Part shown: positions 10,385 through 20,251 of the stretch, one piece after another
Position numbering within the stretch: the first letter of the stretch is position 1
How the letters are laid out: every line of letters starts with the position of its first letter
The notes under the pieces: model-generated
Told to the model about the DNA's origin: nothing
The model's database searches: none
Seen by the model: the letters and a program-made list of their open reading frames with translations, nothing else
NCBI GenBank assembly: GCA_965214705.1
Contig: CBDCCI010000001.1
Span: 416,001-480,000, forward strand
Source: Alphaproteobacteria bacterium
GTDB taxonomy: Bacteria > Pseudomonadota > Alphaproteobacteria > UBA828
Direction: 5' to 3'
DNA length: 64,000 bases
Made by a program: the position numbers and the translations under genes

Positions 10385-11275
10385 ATGGAGACGATCTCGT
10401 TCATCGTCGGCCTGCTTTACCAATACGCCGACACGATCACGCTCCTCGCCCTCTCGGCCATCGGCCTCATCATCATCTTCGGCATGATGGGCGTCATCAA
10501 TATGGCGCACGGCGAGATGATGATGATCGGCGCCTACATCACGTCGTTCTCGTACTACGCCGGCATCCCGACCGCGCTTGCCGTCATCTTCGGCGGCATT
10601 GGCGCCGGCGTCGCCGGGATGGTCCTGGAACGCTTGGTCATACGACGATTCTACGGGCAACTCTTATCGTCCCTTGTGGCGACATGGGGGCTCAGCCTCA
10701 TCTTGAGCCAGGGGGCTCTGCTCGTCTTCGGCCAGCTCATCCAGAGCGTGCCGACACCGTTCGGCAGCTTCACGGTCGCCGATCTGTCCTACTCCTACTA
10801 CCGCGTGTTCATCTTCCTGGTCGCGCTGGTCATGATCGCGGGCCTTTGGGGGCTCTTCCGCTTCACCCGCTTCGGCGTGCGCGCGCGGGCGACCATGGAA
10901 AACCCGCGGATGGCACGCGCGCTCGGCGTCGATACCACCCGCGTCTACGCGCTCACCTTCGGGCTCGGCACCATGCTGGGGGGCTTTGCCGGCGGACTGC
11001 TGGCGCTGACGTCGACCATCGGCCCCTTCTACGGCATGACCTATACGCCGCAGGCCTTCATCACGGTGGTCGTGGGCGGCGGCGCGGAGGTGGTGACGGG
11101 GCTACTCGCCAGCGTCCTCTCCCTCGGTGCCATCAAGACCATCTTCATGAACCAGACGAACATCCTGCTCGGGCACGTCGCGATGCTGGTGCTCGCCTTC
11201 GTGATCATTCGCCTGATGCCGTCCGGAATCTCCGACTGGGTGGAGAGGCGACAGGTCAGGGTGCGGGAGCGGTAG
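10385..11275 (+). CDS. ABC permease, UrtB/LivH-like
   Basis: GLIIIFGMMGVINMAHGE, TRFGVRARAT..N..MARALGV, FITVVVGG. Confidence 0.9.
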   Translation: METISFIVGLLYQYADTITLLALSAIGLIIIFGMMGVINMAHGEMMMIGAYITSFSYYAGIPTALAVIFGGIGAGVAGMVLERLVIRRFYGQLLSSLVATWGLSLILSQGALLVFGQLIQSVPTPFGSFTVADLSYSYYRVFIFLVALVMIAGLWGLFRFTRFGVRARATMENPRMARALGVDTTRVYALTFGLGTMLGGFAGGLLALTSTIGPFYGMTYTPQAFITVVVGGGAEVVTGLLASVLSLGAIKTIFMNQTNILLGHVAMLVLAFVIIRLMPSGISDWVERRQVRVRER

Positions 11276-11284
11276 GCAGCCGGG

Positions 11285-12370
11285 ATGTCGGTCATCCAGC
11301 GACCTTTGGCGCTCCTGGTCGGCCCGCAGGAGATGGGCCGGACCTGGTACTTCTGGGTCGGCTTCGTGATCGTGATCGGCGTCGGTGCCGCCGCCCCCCA
11401 ATATCTGGGGCGCTTCGATCTGCTCAACCTTGCCAATTTCCTGACAAGCATCTTCCTGGCGCTCAGCCTCTGCCTGATCTGGGGCTTCTGCGGCATCCTG
11501 AGCCTCGGTCAGGCGGCCTTCCTCGGGCTCGGTGGCTACGCCTACGGTGTCGCCGGCATCAACTTCATCGAGAGCCACGGCAACACCTGGGCCGCGCTCG
11601 GAATCGGTCTTTCGGTGCCGGTGGCGCTCGCGGCCGTGCTCGGCTTCGTCATGTTCTATGCGCGGCTCAAGGGCGTCTACGTGGCAATCCTGATGCTCGT
11701 GGTGACGCTGCTGTTCGAGACCTTCCTCAATCAGACCGCAGGCCAGGGCTGGTTCATCGGCGACGCTCACTTGGGCGGAAACAACGGCCTCGGGCGGTTC
11801 TCGGGCGTCATCAAGAAGCCCCCCAGCTTCATTTTCAGCGAAGGGGGCATCAAGTTCCTCGGCAAGAGCTACGCCTTCTTCTATCTGACGTTCGGGCTGG
11901 CGGTGCTCTGCTATCTGGGCCTGCGCATCATGGTGAACTCGAAGCTCGGCTTCGTCATGGTCGCAATCCGCGAGGACCCGGAGCGAACCGAGGCGCTCGG
12001 CTACGACGTGCGCCTGATCCAGCTGATCGTCTTCTGCGTCTCCGCTCTCCTGGCCTCGATGTCCGGCATTCTCTACGTCTCCTGGGGCCGCTTCATCACG
12101 CCGGACGTGTTCGGCGTGTACAACAATATCCTGCCGGTCATCTGGGTTGCCGTCGCAGGCCGTAAGAGCCTGACCGCAACCGTCATCGGGACCCTCGTGC
12201 TGGTCTGGATGTCGCAGCGCCTGACCGAGACCGACTACGCCTTCGTGGTGCTCGGCGGCATTCTGGTGGGCGCCATGCTGCTGCTCCCGGAGGGAGTCAT
12301 CACCGGGATCGTCGATCGCAGCGCCGGACTCCGCGCCCGGCTGGCGGCAAGAATCAGGGCGCAGGCCTGA
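11285..12370 (+). CDS. ABC permease, UrtC/LivM-like
   Basis: LIWGFCGILSLGQAAFLGLGGY, AIREDPERTEALGY, IWVAVAGR. Confidence 0.9.
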   Translation: MSVIQRPLALLVGPQEMGRTWYFWVGFVIVIGVGAAAPQYLGRFDLLNLANFLTSIFLALSLCLIWGFCGILSLGQAAFLGLGGYAYGVAGINFIESHGNTWAALGIGLSVPVALAAVLGFVMFYARLKGVYVAILMLVVTLLFETFLNQTAGQGWFIGDAHLGGNNGLGRFSGVIKKPPSFIFSEGGIKFLGKSYAFFYLTFGLAVLCYLGLRIMVNSKLGFVMVAIREDPERTEALGYDVRLIQLIVFCVSALLASMSGILYVSWGRFITPDVFGVYNNILPVIWVAVAGRKSLTATVIGTLVLVWMSQRLTETDYAFVVLGGILVGAMLLLPEGVITGIVDRSAGLRARLAARIRAQA

Positions 12371-12373
12371 GCG

Positions 12374-13114
12374 ATGCCGTTGCTGGAGGTCAAGAATCTG
12401 TCCAAGGCGTTCGGCGGGGTGCGGGCGGTGGACGGCGTCGACTTCTCCCTGGAGCAAGGCGAGCTGCGCTCCATCATCGGCCCCAACGGCGCCGGCAAGA
12501 GCACCCTCTTCAAGCTGCTGCTCGGCAGCATCAAGCCGGACAAGGGCAAGATCTGGTTCCGGGACCGGGATGTCACTCGGGCCGAGCCGCACAAGCGCGC
12601 CCACATGGGGATCGGCGTCAAGTTTCAGCATCTCGGCGTCTACGGCGACCTCACGGTGCGCCACAACATGCAGCTGCCGCTGCAGCACAGCCTCTCGGGC
12701 GAGGCGATGGATGCCGAGATCGCGCGGCTGCTGGAGCGGCTCAACCTTGCCGGCACCGAGGACCGCCGCGTGGCCGAGCTCAGCCACGGCCAACGGCAGT
12801 GGCTGGCGATCGGCATGGCGCTCGCCATGCGTCCGGTCCTTCTCCTGCTCGACGAGCCGACTGCCGGCATGGGGCCGGAAGAGACCCGCGAGACAGGTAC
12901 GCTCGTCCACTCGGTCCACGAGGAAGGTGTTACGATCGTCGTCGTCGAGCACGACATGGCGTTCGTGCGTCAGCTGGGCGCGCCGGTTACCGTGCTGCAC
13001 TATGGCCGCGTGTTCGCCGAGGGATCGCTCGCGGCGATCGAGGGCAACGAGGACGTTCGCAACATCTATCTCGGCGCGTCACGAACGATGGCCGTTCGAG
13101 GCCGCCACCACTGA
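12374..13114 (+). CDS. ABC ATP-binding protein, UrtD/LivG-like
   Basis: GPNGAGKST, LSHGQRQWLAIG, LLLDEPTAGM, VEHDM. Confidence 0.92.
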   Translation: MPLLEVKNLSKAFGGVRAVDGVDFSLEQGELRSIIGPNGAGKSTLFKLLLGSIKPDKGKIWFRDRDVTRAEPHKRAHMGIGVKFQHLGVYGDLTVRHNMQLPLQHSLSGEAMDAEIARLLERLNLAGTEDRRVAELSHGQRQWLAIGMALAMRPVLLLLDEPTAGMGPEETRETGTLVHSVHEEGVTIVVVEHDMAFVRQLGAPVTVLHYGRVFAEGSLAAIEGNEDVRNIYLGASRTMAVRGRHH

Positions 13115-13141
13115 GGCCGACAGACCAAGGGAGAGACGGCG

Positions 13142-14131
13142 ATGCAGAGAATTAATCGGGGCGATATTCCCGCCAAGTACGCCTTCGACTGGGAAGACGA
13201 GCCGGTGCTTCGGGTGGCGCAGGGCGAGGCCTTTCAACTGGAGACCGACGACGCGCTTTCCGGCCTGATCGTCGACGACAGTGACGACCCCGAGGTTCAC
13301 GACTTCACCGGCGAGCATGTCGTCTCCCTGCAGAGCGTCTGGCCGCCGACCTACAATCCGGTGGTCGGCCCGATCTACGTGGAAGGCTGCGAGCGGGGCG
13401 ATACGCTTGCCGTCCATATCGATTGGATCGATCCCTGGCGCTACGGCTTCTCGGGTATCCTGCCGGGCATCGGCCCGCTGGGGGATTCCAAGCGCTGGGC
13501 GGACTGCTCGGAGCCGCACGTGCAGGTGATCGAGCACTTTCCCGGCCCGAGCGGGCATACGCGGGATGGCACGGGGAAGTACTCCGACAAGCTGACCTGG
13601 GACCTGATGCCCTTCTGCGGCACGCTCGCGTGCGCGCCGGAGCGCGAGGTGTTCACCTCGCTGCTGGGCCAGGGTCCGTTCGGCGGCAACATCGACTGCC
13701 GCGACGTGCGCGCCGGCCACACGATCTTGCTCAACGCCTACCACGAGGGCGGCCTGCTCTACGTGGGCGACATGCACGGCGGGCAGGGCGACACGGAGTT
13801 CACCGGCATTGCCGACGAGACGCGGGCGACGATCCAGCTGAGCGCAACCGTGATCAAGAACAAGCACGCGCCCTGCGTGCGCATCGAGAAGCCGGACAGC
13901 ATCGTGGCGGTCGGCGTCAACCTGCCGATGGAGCACGCGGTCTACGACGCCTGCGACAACATGATGCAGTGGCTCAGGGACGACTACGGCATCAGCGGCA
14001 AGGACACGTACATCCGCATGTCGTGCGACCCGGCGTTCCGCATCCGCACCTATCAGATGGTGCGCGCGGTAACGATCCAACACGTGGTCGGCGCCGAGTA
14101 TCCCAAGGAGCGCCTCATCCCCGCCATCTGA
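13142..14131 (+). CDS. Acetamidase/formamidase family protein
   Basis: NPVVGPIYVEGCERGDTLAVHI, GPFGGNID, GGLLYVGDMHGGQGDTE. Confidence 0.9.
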   Translation: MQRINRGDIPAKYAFDWEDEPVLRVAQGEAFQLETDDALSGLIVDDSDDPEVHDFTGEHVVSLQSVWPPTYNPVVGPIYVEGCERGDTLAVHIDWIDPWRYGFSGILPGIGPLGDSKRWADCSEPHVQVIEHFPGPSGHTRDGTGKYSDKLTWDLMPFCGTLACAPEREVFTSLLGQGPFGGNIDCRDVRAGHTILLNAYHEGGLLYVGDMHGGQGDTEFTGIADETRATIQLSATVIKNKHAPCVRIEKPDSIVAVGVNLPMEHAVYDACDNMMQWLRDDYGISGKDTYIRMSCDPAFRIRTYQMVRAVTIQHVVGAEYPKERLIPAI

Positions 14132-14344
14132 AACGCCCCTCAGAGCGCCTCCGCGCGCGGAGGCCGCCGGCCGATGTCAGCGGTGGGCTGGGGTGCGCCG
14201 GTGTTGATGCGGAACCTCGCCGAGCGCCAGCTCGTGTGACCGGCGCGGCCGGCGCGTCAGCCAGCCGGCACCTGCGCGTCGCTACGCAGTAGCTGTGCGT
14301 CCTTCAGATCGGTCCACAACGCAGACGGGATCGACCCTTCCAGC

Positions 14345-14452
14345 AGGCCGGGCTTATCCCGGCCATCCATGGTTTGCCCGACGTCCGGCGGGCCCGGCGG
14401 AGAGAGATGCCCGGAACACCCCCGGACCTGATCCGGGGGCCGGGCATGACAA
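14345..14452. repeat. Alphaproteobacterial REP-like palindromic element between convergent genes
   Basis: GGCCGGGCTTATCCCGGCCATCCA ... GATGCCCGG...CCCCCGGACCTGATCCGGGGG...CCGGGCATGAC resembles the Rhizobiales-type GTCATGGCCGGGCTTGTCCCGGCCATCCA repeat. Confidence 0.65.
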
Positions 14453-14509
14453 GTGTGGGGGAGGCTCGGTCGGAGAGACCGCGCATCGCGCCCGGCGCCT
14501 GAGGGAAAA

Positions 14510-15880
14510 CTAGAACTGCCTTACGAACCTCAGCTCTCCCCGCGTGCGCTCGTAGTCGTAGAGCTGCGCGTTGGTGTCGCGCTCCTCGTACACCGCCACA
14601 AGCTCGGGGCTGAAGCCATAGAGCGTGAAGGCCCGGTTGTGGACGGAGAGGTGCACGCTCCGCGTCCGGTCCGCCCGCTTCTCGCCGGCCGGCGTGTGCG
14701 GAAACCATTCGTCCTCGAAGTCGGTCCAGCGCACCTCGCCGCCGCCGCCCACGGTGAAGCCCGCAGGCAGGATCACCGAGACCCCGGCGCCAAGCCAGCG
14801 GCTGCGGCTGCGCGCGCGCTCCTGCTCGGGTCGCTCCCGCCCGTAGCCCGCAGAAAGGTCCGCCCGCACCGTGGGCATCACCACCCAGGAACCCCTGAGC
14901 GACGCGTCCCACACCGGGCCATCCAGGTGGCTCTGCGTCCGGTAGCGCCGGTCGTGCCAGGAAGCGTCGCCGAACACCGTCACCCGCGGGGTCAGCCGGC
15001 GCGCCACCTCAAGGCGGGTGCCGAACTCGCGGTTGTCCGGCACGGTGCCGATCCAGCGCTGCCGCGCGCTCGCCAGCAGGCTCCCCTCCGTGTTCCCGTC
15101 CATCAGCCAGCGCGGCCCAAGATGGGTGCCGAGGTAGAGCTGATCGAACTGCGAGCCCTCGTACTCCCGCCGCGCCGCCTGGCCGCCTGCGCGCAGCCGC
15201 CAGCGCTCCGCCAGCGGCACCTGATACTCGGCCCCGCCCCAGAGCGACACGCCGACGCCGGAGGTCGTGAGCTGCGCCGCGTCCCGCTGGAAGGGCAGGC
15301 CGAAGATGTAGATGGTTCGTGCGTCGGAGCCCGCGCCGATGTTGGTGTCGGGGGCAAGAGCGAAGCCCGCGTTGAAGCTCCAGCGCCCGCGCGCCCTGAT
15401 CTCGTCGAGGAAGCGCTGGACGTTCAGGGCCACCGCTTCCGGCACGCCGCCGGCCAGCACCGCCTCGAAGTGGCGCGTCGCGAGATCGTCCTCGCCCTTG
15501 AGGTAGAAGGCACGCGCCAGTTCCAGCCGCACCCGCACCAGCCCCGGCGCCTCCACCAGCATGGCGTGGAAGGCGGCGATGGCCTCGTTCAGCAGGATCT
15601 CCCGCTCCTCGTCCGCCCGGCCGGGCCGCTGCGATGCCTCCAGCGATGCCACGCCATAGAGGAAGAGCAAGTTGCCGTCGACCGGCTCCTGCTCGAGCAG
15701 CGGCCGGAGCAAGACGATCGCCTCCTCGAAGCGGCCGCCGTCGATCAGCGCCCGTGCGTCGACGGCTTCTGCGCGGGGAGACGGCGGGAATACGGGCGTC
15801 TCCTCGCCCTGCGGCTCCATGTCCTGAGCGGCAGCGGGAAAGCAGAGCAACAGGAGCAGGGCGGCAACGAGGCTACGCAT
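14510..15880 (-). CDS. Slam / T11SS outer-membrane translocon (TPR plus DUF560 barrel), copy 1
   Basis: Signal peptide; TPR region with RVRLELARAFYLKGED; APDTNIG; barrel ending NAQLYDYERTRGELRFVRQF; downstream of TbpB-like cargo genes. Confidence 0.88.
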   Translation of the reverse strand: MRSLVAALLLLLCFPAAAQDMEPQGEETPVFPPSPRAEAVDARALIDGGRFEEAIVLLRPLLEQEPVDGNLLFLYGVASLEASQRPGRADEEREILLNEAIAAFHAMLVEAPGLVRVRLELARAFYLKGEDDLATRHFEAVLAGGVPEAVALNVQRFLDEIRARGRWSFNAGFALAPDTNIGAGSDARTIYIFGLPFQRDAAQLTTSGVGVSLWGGAEYQVPLAERWRLRAGGQAARREYEGSQFDQLYLGTHLGPRWLMDGNTEGSLLASARQRWIGTVPDNREFGTRLEVARRLTPRVTVFGDASWHDRRYRTQSHLDGPVWDASLRGSWVVMPTVRADLSAGYGRERPEQERARSRSRWLGAGVSVILPAGFTVGGGGEVRWTDFEDEWFPHTPAGEKRADRTRSVHLSVHNRAFTLYGFSPELVAVYEERDTNAQLYDYERTRGELRFVRQF

Positions 15881-16633
15881 CCGAGTCCTTTTCGGTGAAG
15901 GAATGGTGCCGGTTACTGTCTGGTCGCCCCAAACGCGCCGGTGATCCGGTTGCGCTCAAAGACGCCGCCGACTTCCTGATGGCGTGAGCCGTAGAAGCGA
16001 CCTTGGATGGAATTGGTATCCGATCCGCGACTGAAGGCCCCATTCCACACCGGCACGTCATACCAAGCCATGTCAGTGCGGGGATTGAGCGTCGCGACGT
16101 CGTAGACATCGGTGAACGCGACATCGACCGTATGCTGCGTTTGCCGGCCATCGAAACGAACGTCCGCCTTCCCCAAGATAAAGTTGCCACGGCTGGAAGC
16201 GTCACTGACATCGACACCCGACATGAAGCCGGACCATCGGGCGATGAAAGCGACCGGATTACTACGTGAAGCCACGCCTGCGGAGTAGGAGTCGGTATCG
16301 AGGTATCCGGCATATTCACCAGCGATACCCTGCCGCCACCTCGCAAAGAAAGCACTCTCGTTTGCCCAACCGCCGTACCCCATCTGGTCGTATTCCGTGT
16401 CGTTGTCAGAGCCCGTGCTCCGTGATCCCCGTTTCACAAGGGTAATGCCTTCGCTCTCCCCGAGAGGTATCCATTGAATGCCCCGACCAGAAAATGAACC
16501 GCTGCGCGTCTGAGTTACCGAACTCCCGGTCTCTGAGTCGGTCCAGCTGCATGTCCGACCGGAACAGTCGACCCGCCAGCGCCCTTTTGACGAGTCCGGG
16601 TCATCGAAGTCGAAGAAATAATGGCTGTCGGCA

Positions 16634-18135
16634 GAGCCACTTGCAAAACTCCCAGGCGCGGTCTGCTTTTCCCGAGAGCCCGGCGTGAGGACATTGACGG
16701 TCGGAACGTAACATGAACTTCGGGACGAGCGGACGTCGCTGGCTGCCGCCGGGGCGCCGATTCGCCGCAAACCGATGCCCATGCGGGCGCATTTTGGACC
16801 CGCCGTCGCGATGCGGACATGGCTTTTTGCGCCTCCGCGGAGGGAGGCGTGCCGGCGTGACAGCGACGGAGGCGCCGCTCAGGCCAGGAGGCGCATCAGC
16901 TGGTCGACCGTCAGCACCAGGATGCCGAACATCAGGTGGCAATGAACCTTGGCATGGCCGCGCACGCGGACATGGCGGCCCCCGCAGTTGTCCTTCAGCC
17001 CACCGTTGATGCGCTCGATGTTCGAGCGCTCGTTGTAGCGCTCGTCCGCCGGGTGGCGGTGACCGACGCCTCTCTGCGCCCTGGCCTCGCGCGCCAGCTC
17101 CTCCTTGTACTCCTTGTCGCGAGGGTTGACGTCGATGATCGGGACGTGGCCCAGCAGGTAGCTGTGCCAGCCGATCTCGGGCGCGTCATAGGCTGAGTCC
17201 ATGAGGTCGTACAGATTGGTGACGCGGTCGGCGGTCATACTCGCCAGCGGGATCGCGGCCTGGCTGTCGTGCAGCGAGGCGGACGTCAGGATGCAACTGA
17301 TCGGAATGCCGCCATCGGCGGCGTCGATGTGCAGCTTGTAACCGATCCACGATGTGGTATGGCCCCTGGCGTTGCGCTTGGTGCCGACGTCGCAGGCTTT
17401 CGGCAGGTCGTCGAGCATCTGGGGCAAGCTCATCGTGAGCTGGCGTTTCACGCGGCGCTCCTCCTTGGGCCGCTCCTCGCCCTTGCGCGGGCGGCCGCGC
17501 TTGCGCTTCGGCTTCTCCGCCTTGGGCTTGGGCTGAGGCTTCTCGCGCGCCTCGATCGCCGTCGAGTCGCGCGAGACGTGCCCGACCAGATGGTCTCCGA
17601 GGGTCTGCTTGATCAGCGCCTCATGCACGCGAGCGGGCAACGCACTCTCGGAGAACTCCGCAAACGCCCGCGAAAACGTCGCCTCGCTCGGGATCTCTGC
17701 GGCATAGGTCCAGCCGCAGAGACGGCGTAGCGTCTTGTCGTTCTCAAGGCGCTCGATCAGGGCGCGCGTCGTGGGTACGTCGAACACCGCCTTGGCGATG
17801 AAGGCGCGGGCCAAGGCCGCCCGATCCTCGACCGGCCGACCGGGCAGGCCATGGAAATGGGGAAGGAAGCTCTCGACCCGCGCAAGCTCAAGCACGGTGA
17901 CGAAGCGCCGGTACCTCTCGCCGAGCGGCCCGAGCTCCTCCTCAAGCCACGGGAAAAGATCCGCTTGAATGTGATGCCAGAATCCGGATAGTGTCTGTCC
18001 CAGCGACATGGGGCCGCCCTCTCCGTCGACGTTGTCCGAAACCCGACAGGAACAGAGAGCGGTCCCGATTTCCAGGACAATCTGACCGCCACGGCGGCAA
18101 AATCCCGCTCAAATGCGGAATTTTGCAAGTGGCTC
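16634..18135 (-). mobile_element. IS5/IS1182-like insertion sequence, copy 1 (1502 bp)
   Basis: 15-bp TIR GAGCCACTTGCAAAA; 4-bp TSD GGCA (16630-33, 18136-39). Confidence 0.9.
16879..18009 (-). CDS. DDE transposase (IS5/IS1182-like)
   Basis: PSEATFSRAF, SRDSTAI, GYKLH, LHDSQ, MDSAYD, YNERSNIER.N. Confidence 0.9.
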   Translation of the reverse strand: MSLGQTLSGFWHHIQADLFPWLEEELGPLGERYRRFVTVLELARVESFLPHFHGLPGRPVEDRAALARAFIAKAVFDVPTTRALIERLENDKTLRRLCGWTYAAEIPSEATFSRAFAEFSESALPARVHEALIKQTLGDHLVGHVSRDSTAIEAREKPQPKPKAEKPKRKRGRPRKGEERPKEERRVKRQLTMSLPQMLDDLPKACDVGTKRNARGHTTSWIGYKLHIDAADGGIPISCILTSASLHDSQAAIPLASMTADRVTNLYDLMDSAYDAPEIGWHSYLLGHVPIIDVNPRDKEYKEELAREARAQRGVGHRHPADERYNERSNIERINGGLKDNCGGRHVRVRGHAKVHCHLMFGILVLTVDQLMRLLA

Positions 18136-18520
18136 GGCAGTGAGATATTCCGTGAAGTCTTCATATATCCCGTCGAGATGCACCGATACCGTCGACGGGT
18201 GAATGCCCGTCGCCCGGAGGTCGTACAGCGTAGGGATCAACAGCAGGTCAACGAAAGCGTCAAACGTCGCCACGCACCACCGCGACAAGACAGAAGACGA
18301 CGCGTCGGCGGTGGCCGCGATTCCAGGCCGATCATTGCGAAGCTGGCCGCAAATGTCGTCCGCGAATGAATCCGCCTTCGCCTCCCTCGATGCGATAGAG
18401 GAAACCACCACCGCTATGCCAAAGACAATGAGAAGCGATTTGAGCGCATGGGTCATTTTGTAACCCTCCCAAAGAAAACCCCGGCGCCAGCTACGCGCCA
18501 ACGCCGGGGAAAGCAAAGAG

Positions 18521-18557
18521 GAGAGGGGCAAAGGGATCGGTGGAAAATGCCCCTCTC
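18521..18557 (-). terminator. Possible stem-loop downstream of lipoprotein A
   Basis: GAGAGGGGCA...TGCCCCTCTC 10-bp stem with a long loop, followed on the minus strand by CTCTTTGCTTT. Confidence 0.4.
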
Positions 18558-19385
18558 TCGGTGTCAGGTGCTACCTGCGCGCGCCGAACGCGCCGCCGAT
18601 GCTGACCTCGTCGTTGTCGGCCTGGAAGGTGCCGCCGACTCCGAGCGGGTAGGCGTTGCCGGCGTTGCCGGCAGTGGCATCCCCGAAGAACTGCCCGGTC
18701 CAGTCGCCGTACGCCGTCTGATCGCCCATCGTCGCCGTCGTGCCATCGTAGGTGGCGCGTGACGAATCGGTCTCGGTGATGGCCGGGAACGCGTTGGGCA
18801 GATTGGCCTGCGCACCCAACGTCTTCGAGTGGAGCGTCACTCCCCAACCCGACACGTCCACGTCAGCGTTGTCACTGGCGAAGCCCGAGATGCTACCGGA
18901 GATCGAATTGGCGGCAGCTCCGAAGTTGGCGGTCAGAGAGGCGGCAGCCGTGAACATGCCCGCCTCACCGCCGGTCACGCCCCCGTCTTCGACTGTCTGA
19001 ACGACATACTTGCCTGCGGCCCGCCCGTTATAGGTCGCTGACCCAGTGGCAATGGTTCCGGGCGGCGCCGTGTAGGCATTGCCGTCGGCATAATACTGGA
19101 ATGTGTAGGCACCGTCCGGGTTGTTCGGCTCCTGGAGCCACCAGCCGAAGCTCATGAACTCCTGGTCGTTCTGCCACGCCGTGGCGCCGAGCTCGGGCGT
19201 GAATGTCCAGGCGCCCGTCGTCTCCGTGTACGTCCCATCCGGGGCGATGGTCAGGACACAGGCTGTTCCCGCTACTCCGGAGTCGCAGGAGTAAGGTAAG
19301 CGGTATCGGGCCCCCATACTTCCAGCGGATCTGATTTCGGGGCTGACTCTCCGCCTTGACCACGAGCCACACAGGAGAGATCGCG

Positions 19386-19811
19386 ATGACAGATTCGATT
19401 TTGGCATCTGGCGACGGTGTCGCTGTTGCTTCGGTTGAGATCCCAGCTTCTGAGGGAGCCGCCCCGGCTCCGTCTGAGCCGGCCCCCATGCGACGCTGGC
19501 CGGACGATGAGAAGGCGCGGATTGTCTCGGAGAGCTTTGAGCCGGGCTCTTCGGTTGCGGCGGTCGCGCGCCGCCATGGCGTCAGCGATACGACCCTGAC
19601 CAAGTGGCGGCGGCGCGCGCGGGAGGGAACTCTTCCGGGCGCTCGGATTGGTGGCTCTGCACCGCCATTTGTTCCCGTGGTGGTTGATAGCGTGACGTCC
19701 GAGCGGACGGTGGCGATCGAGGCGCTAGGCGTGGTCGTTCGCCTTCCGGTGGAGAGCGCGGTCGATCGGATTGTTGCGGTGGCCTCGGGCCTGGGCCGGG
19801 CGTCGTCATGA
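19386..19811 (+). CDS. tnpA: IS66 TnpA (HTH)
   Basis: RRWPDDEKARIVSES..PGSSVAAVARRHGV....LTKWRR. Confidence 0.85.
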   Translation: MTDSILASGDGVAVASVEIPASEGAAPAPSEPAPMRRWPDDEKARIVSESFEPGSSVAAVARRHGVSDTTLTKWRRRAREGTLPGARIGGSAPPFVPVVVDSVTSERTVAIEALGVVVRLPVESAVDRIVAVASGLGRASS

Positions 19812-20158
19812 TCGCGGCCCCCTCGCTTCGCATCGTGTTGGCGACGCGGCCGGTTGATTTTCGTCGCGGCCACGACGCGCTTGCGGCGACGGCGGCGGGG
19901 GAGCTGGACCTCGATATCTATTCCGGGGTGATCGTGATCTTCCGCTCGCGCCGCGGCGACAGGCTCAAGCTCCTTGCGTGGGACGGCAGCGGTCTGGTGA
20001 TGACCTACAAGCGTCTGGAGCAGGGCCGCTTCGCCTGGCCTCGGATCGAGGATGGTGTGATGCGCCTTACGAAGGGCCAGTTCGAGGCCCTCTTCGAGGG
20101 TCTGGACTGGCGCCGGGTGAAGGCCCGCCCGGTTCGCCGCCCGCTGGCGGCGGAGTGA
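19808..20158 (+). CDS. tnpB: IS66 TnpB accessory protein
   Basis: PVDFRRGHDAL, FRSRRGDRLKLL.WDG.GL...KRLE.GRFAWP. Confidence 0.92.
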   Translation: MIAAPSLRIVLATRPVDFRRGHDALAATAAGELDLDIYSGVIVIFRSRRGDRLKLLAWDGSGLVMTYKRLEQGRFAWPRIEDGVMRLTKGQFEALFEGLDWRRVKARPVRRPLAAE

Positions 20159-20251
20159 GGCGGCACGCAGGCGGGGCCGCAGATTTCGGTCGCGGTCCCG
20201 CCTGCACTTTTCCCTGGTCATGCATTGGCGAATCGGATTAAGGGGTGGCCC

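Larger units (their letters stand above)
15913..18456 (-). pseudogene. Secreted TbpB-like beta-barrel protein (putative non-lipidated T11SS cargo), split by an IS
   Basis: Removing IS 16634-18135 and one GGCA copy restores the in-frame junction ...EYLTA-DSHYFF... (about 345 aa). SPI-type signal (REAKA-DS); C-terminus IQGRFYGSRHQEVGGVFERNRITGAFGATRQ. Confidence 0.8.
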
